Assembly (NCBI GenBank): GCA_965533305.1 | Contig: CBESWV010000002.1 | Span: forward strand, 1-52,204 | Direction: 5' to 3' | DNA length: 52,204 nt | Source of the DNA: an uncultured bacterium | Lineage (GTDB): Bacteria; Acidobacteriota; Thermoanaerobaculia; Thermoanaerobaculales; Sulfomarinibacteraceae | Shown: piece after piece, positions 44,200-52,204 of the stretch | Layout of the letters: each line of letters begins with the position of its first letter | How positions within the stretch are numbered: position 1 is the first letter of the stretch | Made by a program: the position numbers and the translations under genes | The notes under the pieces: model-generated | The model's database searches: none | What the model was told of the DNA's origin: nothing | The model's input: only the letters and a program-made list of their open reading frames with translations

Positions 44200-45644
44200 C
44201 CGGTTCGGATCGCCGGTTCTTCGCCGTCCTTGCCGCGATCGTCGTCGGTGGCGCCGCCCTCCGTTTCTTCCGCCTGACGTATCAGAGTCTGTGGTTTGAC
44301 GAGCTCTTCTCGGTGGTCTTCAGCTCATCGGGTCGGTCGGTGTCGGAGGTGATCGCCACGTATGCCGGTGATGTCCACCCGCTCGGCTATCCGCTGATGC
44401 TGCACGGCTGGCTGCGGGTCTTCGGCGACAACGATATCGCGGCGCGGTCGCTGTCCGCTCTGTGGGGTGTCATCGGCATCGGGGTGGTCTATCTGGTTGC
44501 CAAGCGACTGGGCGGAAAGGATCTGGGGCTGACGGCCGCACTGCTGACCGCGATCAACGCCTTCCACATCGCCTTGTCGCAGGAGGCTCGATCCTACACC
44601 CTGGTCTTCGTCTTTGCGGCTGTCTCCTATGTCGCTCTGGTGGAAATGATTTCGTCTCCGAGGTGGAAGACGGCCCTGATTTACGGTGTCGCAGTGGCCG
44701 TGGCGGTCCACATCCACTACTACGCTCTGGTCATGTTCTTCGGTCAGATGGTGGCGGCGGTGCTCGTGCTGTTGTGGACGCGCACGCCGTGGCGTCGTTG
44801 GTGGCCGCCGGTACTGTCGTCGGTCGTGGTGGCGGTGGCGCTGCTGCCGTGGATCGGTCCGTTTCTCAAGGTCGCCACCATGGACCGCTACTGGCCCGCG
44901 GTTCCAGAACCTCTGTTCTTTGTGGACTACTTCCACGCCTACTTTGGCGAGAGCGTCGCATCGAGTCTGCTCTTCGCCGGGCTCCTGCTCGCGCTTCCGC
45001 TCCTCCTGAGGCGGCCGGCGCTGGAGGACGACGGGGCCGAGAACCGCGTTTCGCGACGGATGGCCGCGTTGGTATGGGCGATCTCGGTGGTGGCGTCCCT
45101 GGCCGTCGCTTACGTCCGATCGGTGCTGGTCGTGCCGATGCTCATGCCCCGCTTCACCTTCGTCCTGCTGCCGGCGATCCTCCTTCTCATCGCCATGGCC
45201 CTCGCCGCACTCCGACCGGTGCTGGTGCGGACCTTGATCATCGTCGCCGTGTTGCTGCTCTCTCTGGTCAATCTCATCACCGACGAGTACTACACCCAAC
45301 CCCGCAAGGAGCAGTGGCGGGAGGCGGCCGCATCGGTTGTGAGCGACCCCAGGTTCAGCCCGGCCACCGACGCGTGGTTGGCCATGTGCCACCAGGGCTT
45401 CCAGTACTACGCCGATCAGATGAGCCCGGGCCTCGAGCTCCAAGAGGCAACTCCGGATGTGCTTCAGGACCTGCTTGGTGGCTCCCCTCCACCGCCCGTC
45501 GTATGGATTGGGGTGGCCAGGAGCACCGAGCCCCCCGAGGAGTTCTGGCGGCTTCTCCGGCGCCGCTACCAACGCACCGATCGATCCCAGTTCATTTCGA
45601 CCCGGATCGAGCGCTGGCGGCTCCGATCGTCAGAATCCGAGTGA
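44196..45644 (+). CDS. Polytopic membrane glycosyltransferase, family 39 (ArnT/PMT-like)
   Basis: The N-terminus LRFFRLTYQSLWFDELFS and 10 or more hydrophobic segments. A GTGA overlap with the kinase gene indicates co-translation with the two-component system. Confidence 0.75.
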   Translation: MTGSDRRFFAVLAAIVVGGAALRFFRLTYQSLWFDELFSVVFSSSGRSVSEVIATYAGDVHPLGYPLMLHGWLRVFGDNDIAARSLSALWGVIGIGVVYLVAKRLGGKDLGLTAALLTAINAFHIALSQEARSYTLVFVFAAVSYVALVEMISSPRWKTALIYGVAVAVAVHIHYYALVMFFGQMVAAVLVLLWTRTPWRRWWPPVLSSVVVAVALLPWIGPFLKVATMDRYWPAVPEPLFFVDYFHAYFGESVASSLLFAGLLLALPLLLRRPALEDDGAENRVSRRMAALVWAISVVASLAVAYVRSVLVVPMLMPRFTFVLLPAILLLIAMALAALRPVLVRTLIIVAVLLLSLVNLITDEYYTQPRKEQWREAAASVVSDPRFSPATDAWLAMCHQGFQYYADQMSPGLELQEATPDVLQDLLGGSPPPPVVWIGVARSTEPPEEFWRLLRRRYQRTDRSQFISTRIERWRLRSSESE

Positions 45645-45662
45645 TCAGCGAACCGAATCGCT

Positions 45663-48239
<2,577 letters not shown>

Positions 48240-48318
48240 ATCTCCCAGGTCGGCGGAAGCCGATAGGGGCGCATTCTACGCTGAAGGCTCATCGGGCGCC
48301 AATCGTCTGTCGAAACGC

Positions 48319-48339
48319 GTGAGTCGTGAGTCGTGCGAC
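48319..48339. repeat. Tandem heptamers GTGAGTC GTGAGTC GTGCGAC
   Basis: They lie in the divergent leuS / TerB-like spacer. Same family as 11363-11383 (opposite orientation) and 41161-41190. Confidence 0.6.
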
Positions 48340-48450
48340 TCGCGCCATCCGGCCTCAAGCCCCCGCACCCTCGATCAGCCGGTTGTGGCATAATTCACAA
48401 CGGCGGCGAGATTGACCTGAATACGCTTGATTTTTGGAGGAGACAGCCAC

Positions 48451-49026
48451 ATGAGCATGCAACGTCCGGACGTGACCGGTCTGAGGCAATCAGGAAAAGC
48501 CCTCGAAGATTCGTTCTTCGCCAAAGAGAACGCCCGACTTCTGGAGAAGCTGAAGAAGGCGGAAGCCGAGGAGGCCAAGCGCCGGGCTTTCAGGGACGCC
48601 AACATCAAGAGCGAACAGCTTATCGATGCGCTCGTGGATCTCGAGATCACCCCGGGCGGCATCGCAGCACTGAGTATCGTGCCTCTGGTAGCGGTCGCCT
48701 GGGCCGACGGCGAGATCCAGAAGAAGGAGCGCGAAGCCATCATCAGGGCGGCGGAGGACGGAGGCATCGAACCAGGATCGGCCAACCACGAGTTGCTTGA
48801 AAACTGGCTCAAGACAAAGCCGGGCCCGGATCTCCTTGCGACCTGGAAGGAATACGCCCACGCCATTGAAGAGCGTTTGGACTCAGTGGTCGGCAACGAG
48901 CTCAAGGAGCGACTCATGACCAGGACCACGGACATCGCCAAGGCCGCGGGCGGTTTCCTCGGTCTAGGAGCCATCTCCTCGGCCGAGCAGGTGATGCTCG
49001 ACGAGCTCGCGCACGCTCTCGAGTAA
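48451..49026 (+). CDS. TerB-like (tellurite-resistance/DjlA N-domain type) protein
   Basis: SD GGAGGAG lies before ATG 48451. The core VAVAWADGEIQKKEREAIIRAA and the helical repeat are typical of TerB-family domains. The assignment is moderate. Confidence 0.55.
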   Translation: MSMQRPDVTGLRQSGKALEDSFFAKENARLLEKLKKAEAEEAKRRAFRDANIKSEQLIDALVDLEITPGGIAALSIVPLVAVAWADGEIQKKEREAIIRAAEDGGIEPGSANHELLENWLKTKPGPDLLATWKEYAHAIEERLDSVVGNELKERLMTRTTDIAKAAGGFLGLGAISSAEQVMLDELAHALE

Positions 49027-49054
49027 CGGACATCTCGACCTGATCTTCGCGCGT

Positions 49055-51826
49055 TTGGTCGTTGGTTTCGTCGCGCTGGTCGTGGCGGTGCCCGTGTTTG
49101 CGGTTGAGGTGGCGGTGACTTCGGTCATCGCCGAGCTCGAGCTGCCGGTCGATCTGGTCGATGAGAAGATCCCACTCGGTGGTCTCTCGGGTCTGACCTA
49201 CGACCCCGGATGCGGCCTTTTCTACGCGCTCACCGATGACCGCGGTTATGTTGCCCCTCCCCGGGTCTACGCGCTGAAGCTCGAGCTCGACGGTCCGTCC
49301 GTTCGACCGCTCGAGGTCATCACCCTGCGCAACGAGCGAGGTGAGCCGTTCGCCGATGGAGACCTCGACCCCGAGGCGGTAGCGCTGGCTGCGGATGGAA
49401 CCTTGTGGGTTGCCACCGAAGGCGAGGCGCACCGTTCGATTCCTCCTCGGATCATCGCCTTTCGCCTCGATGGATCCATGCTCCATGAACTCGAGATCCC
49501 ATCGGCCTATCTGCCCGCCCGTGACAGAGGTGTCCGATCCAATCACGGTTTTGAAGGCTTGAGTATCAGCCCGGATGGCGACCGAATCATCGCGGCGGTG
49601 GAAAGCGCCCTCGTGCAGGACGGTCCAAACGCCGATCTCGATCGGGGGACCGTCGTCCGGCTGGTGGTCTTCGATCCGGTCACGCGGCGCTCTGTCTCGG
49701 AGCGGGCATACCGGGTCGAGGCGGTGCCGGACGAACCGCGTCCGCCAACGGGGTATCGCTCCACCGGCGTGTCCGAGATTCTCGCCCTCGATGAAGACCG
49801 GGTGTTGGTGGTCGAGCGTTCGTTCTCGGCCGGCGTCGGAAACACCGTGCGGATATTCCTCGTCAATTTAGAGACCGGGGACGATCTCACCGGCATCGCC
49901 TCGATACCGGCGAAGGTGAATCCCGTCGACAAGAGCCTCGTGGTGGATCTCGCCGACCTTGGGATCGACCCCGACAATCTCGAGGGACTCTCGTTCGGAC
50001 CGGTCCTGTCCGATGGTCGGCCCACCCTCGTGATGGTGGCGGACAACAATTTCCAGCCCGAAGTCCAGGCCAATCAGCTGCTCGTCCTGGCCTTGTCGGG
50101 CGTCGACGCGTCGCAACCGTCCAGACGCGCCGCTTCGGTCAACGACATTCAGGCAGCGGCTCATGTCTCGCCGATGGTGGGTCGGTGCGTCAGCCGTGTC
50201 GACGGCACCGTGACCGCCATTCTCGGCCAGCGCAAGGGCTCTGCTTTCTGGATGCAGCAGACACCGGGTGATGACGATCCCGCGACGTCGGAAGGGCTGT
50301 TCGTGACCGCCCTCGATGGTTTGCCGTCGGTTTCCGTTGGTGATGTCGTTCGTCTGACCGGCCGGGTCGAGGAATCGATGTGGCGGATGGAGCTGCCGGT
50401 GACGCGATTGGTTGCCGATGGACTCGAGATCATCGATCACGATCAGGGGCTGCCGCCACCGGTGGTCATGGGAATCGGGGGCCGATCAATTCCCACTCCG
50501 AACATCGATGACGACGGGCTGACGCTCTTCGAACCGGAATCCGACGCCATCGACTTCTACGAGAGCCTCGAAGGCATGCGCGTTCTTGTGAGCAATGCGG
50601 TGGTCGTCGGTCCGACCTCCAAGTATGGTGAGATCGTAGTCCTCGGCGATGCCGGAGCTGGTGCCCAACCCCGCAGCAGCCGGGGAGGGGTCGTCATTCA
50701 ACCGGAGAACTACCACTCCGAGCGCGTCATGATCAGCGACCGGTTGGTCGACGACCCCCCGGCTGTGATGGTTGGAGATCGCCTGTCAGGTGAGATCGAA
50801 GGTGTGCTCCACTACTCCTACGGCTCATACAAGATGCTCAACACCGAGCCTCTGACCTTGGATGCCCGCGCAACCGCCGACCCCGCCTCAACGACTCTCG
50901 CAGCCGATGAGAGGCACATCACGGTTGCGAGTTTCAATGTCGAGAATCTCCACGCTGGATCGAACGAGGCGAAGTTTGAGGCGTTGGCCGAGATCATCGT
51001 GAATGGGATGGGATCTCCCACCGTGCTCGCCCTTCAGGAGATCCAGGATGACACGGGCCCCGAAGACGATGGGGTTGTGAGCGCCGAACGGACTCTCAGT
51101 CGCTTGGTGGAGACAATTGTGACGGCCGGCGGTACGCGGTACGACTGGCGGCAGATCGATCCGGTGGACAAGGCCGATGGTGGGCAACCGGGGGCCAATA
51201 TCCGGGTCGTGCTCCTTTTCGATCCGAGTCGAGCCAAGGTGGAGGATCGTTTCGCCACCGCTGGTAGCGCGACGGTGGTCTCGGGACCGCATCTGCACCC
51301 GAATCCGGCCCTCGTCCAACCGTCAGATGCCGCTTTCATTAAGAGCCGAAAACCTCTCGCGGTCGAGCTCGATATCGATGGCGGGCGGTTCTTTTTCATC
51401 GTCTGCCACCTCAGATCCAAGGGTGGAGATGACTCCCTTTTCGGACGACGGCAACCGCCCATGAGGCGGTCCGAGAAACAGCGGACACCGCAGACCACGA
51501 TCGTGAGGAACCTGGTCGTTGAGATTCTTGCGCTGGATCCACAGGCGCGGATCGTTGTCCTCGGCGATCTCAACGATTTCGATTTCCGCGAGCCTATCGA
51601 ACACTTGGCGGCTTCGCCGATGTTCAACCTCATCAAGCGTCTGCCCGAGCCCGAGCGGTTGACCTATGTCTATCAGGGCAACTCACAGGTTCTCGATCAC
51701 ATCATCGTCAGTGCCGCTCTCGCTGACGGCGCCGAAGTCGAAGTCATCCACGTCAACGCCGAGTTACCCGCGTCAGAACGAGCCTCCGATCACGACCCCG
51801 TTATCGCCCGTTTCAAGCTTCGATAG
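49055..51826 (+). CDS. Secreted fusion protein: phytase-like esterase domain + central beta domain + endonuclease/exonuclease/phosphatase (ExeM/NucH-like) domain
   Basis: The N-terminus GGLSGLTYDPGCGLFYALTDDRG is a phytase-like (esterase-like activity of phytase) signature. The C-terminus VASFNVENL...LALQEIQDD...SDHDPVIARF carries EEP catalytic motifs. It has a TTG start and a hydrophobic N-terminus. Confidence 0.78.
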   Translation: MVVGFVALVVAVPVFAVEVAVTSVIAELELPVDLVDEKIPLGGLSGLTYDPGCGLFYALTDDRGYVAPPRVYALKLELDGPSVRPLEVITLRNERGEPFADGDLDPEAVALAADGTLWVATEGEAHRSIPPRIIAFRLDGSMLHELEIPSAYLPARDRGVRSNHGFEGLSISPDGDRIIAAVESALVQDGPNADLDRGTVVRLVVFDPVTRRSVSERAYRVEAVPDEPRPPTGYRSTGVSEILALDEDRVLVVERSFSAGVGNTVRIFLVNLETGDDLTGIASIPAKVNPVDKSLVVDLADLGIDPDNLEGLSFGPVLSDGRPTLVMVADNNFQPEVQANQLLVLALSGVDASQPSRRAASVNDIQAAAHVSPMVGRCVSRVDGTVTAILGQRKGSAFWMQQTPGDDDPATSEGLFVTALDGLPSVSVGDVVRLTGRVEESMWRMELPVTRLVADGLEIIDHDQGLPPPVVMGIGGRSIPTPNIDDDGLTLFEPESDAIDFYESLEGMRVLVSNAVVVGPTSKYGEIVVLGDAGAGAQPRSSRGGVVIQPENYHSERVMISDRLVDDPPAVMVGDRLSGEIEGVLHYSYGSYKMLNTEPLTLDARATADPASTTLAADERHITVASFNVENLHAGSNEAKFEALAEIIVNGMGSPTVLALQEIQDDTGPEDDGVVSAERTLSRLVETIVTAGGTRYDWRQIDPVDKADGGQPGANIRVVLLFDPSRAKVEDRFATAGSATVVSGPHLHPNPALVQPSDAAFIKSRKPLAVELDIDGGRFFFIVCHLRSKGGDDSLFGRRQPPMRRSEKQRTPQTTIVRNLVVEILALDPQARIVVLGDLNDFDFREPIEHLAASPMFNLIKRLPEPERLTYVYQGNSQVLDHIIVSAALADGAEVEVIHVNAELPASERASDHDPVIARFKLR

Positions 51827-51920
51827 CTCTTCTTCAGCGTCTACGCCCGCGGCCCAATGGAACCATGCGCGAATCCGGTGTTGTGGTGGCAAAGGGACAA
51901 TTGTCGCGGTCGTCTTTTTG

Positions 51921-51960
51921 AAACACAAAGGACACAAAGGACCACGAAGGGGCCACGAAG
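51921..51960. repeat. Tandem CACAAAG/CACGAAG units
   Basis: The array is aaaCACAAAG gaCACAAAG gacCACGAAG gggcCACGAAG. A related segment, aaacgcaaagaacgc...atcgcaaagaaacac, lies at 52045-52100 and resembles 36043-36091. Confidence 0.5.
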
Positions 51961-52204
51961 CATCGCATTTGAAAGTGGGACCTCGGTTCCGGGGCGCCAT
52001 ACGACTTCGTGAATCGGCTGAGACAGCTTCAACTGCATTTTTCAAAACGCAAAGAACGCTACGACCGCTATGGCCATCGCAAAGAAACACTTCAAGAAGT
52101 CATCGCAACAGGGGTCGGATGACGGCATCCGGCTTGAAGGACGACCTCGCCGGGTGATCATCATTTCAGCGAACCTGAGTGCTCGACCCTCGATGAGCTC
52201 CCGC

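Overview
GC-rich chromosome segment of a diderm (Gram-negative-type) bacterium, 52.2 kb. I call about 45 protein genes and one tRNA-Gln(UUG). I see no rRNA, CRISPR array, transposase or integrase. Many long ORFs in the supplied track are antisense or alternative-frame shadows typical of GC-rich DNA. Several true genes start well inside the listed ORF, and I re-set those starts from signal peptides, Shine-Dalgarno (SD) sites and stop/start overlaps.

Layout:
(1) 1-14.9 kb, housekeeping. infC, queG and a DEAD-box helicase come first, then a TPR protein. Next is the conserved block lipoprotein (LolB position)-ispE-spoVG-tRNA-Gln-prs-rplY/ctc-pth. After it come a PilZ protein, a tandem USP, an MtaD-like deaminase and an Hsp15-like S4 protein.
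(2) 15.2-28.0 kb, the standout region. This is a co-directional, largely translationally coupled 10-gene locus. It encodes five c-type multihaem cytochromes with 21, 4, 4, 8 and 14 haem motifs, three paralogous NHL beta-propeller proteins, a parvulin PPIase and a putative outer-membrane beta-barrel. I read it as a candidate envelope-spanning or extracellular electron-transfer system whose parts list does not match the described Mtr/Pcc/Ext modules.
(3) 28-34.3 kb, envelope and polysaccharide genes: an OB-fold lipoprotein, ugd, a DegT aminotransferase, a GT-B glycosyltransferase and a hypothetical protein.
(4) 34.3-41 kb: tsaC, hbd, a lower-GC insert carrying a GLUG-motif protein, a GST and a CBM9/DUF5916-like outer-membrane protein.
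(5) 41-52 kb: a CpxP/Spy-like gene divergent from an OmpR-type response regulator, a histidine kinase and a GT39 gene, then leuS, a TerB-like protein and a phytase-like/EEP nuclease fusion.

Non-coding highlights:
- A roughly 180-nt leader element occurs twice (before the USP gene and before the DegT operon) with identical block spacing and a compensatory long-range helix.
- A 97-nt three-helix hairpin lies upstream of infC.
- infC has a probable non-canonical ATC start.
- A 12-bp hairpin sequesters the SD of the mtaD-like gene.
- Two families of short dispersed intergenic tandem repeats are present (GTGAGTC heptamers and CACGAAG/CACAAAG units).

All functional calls come from motif recognition in the translations. 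No database search was possible.
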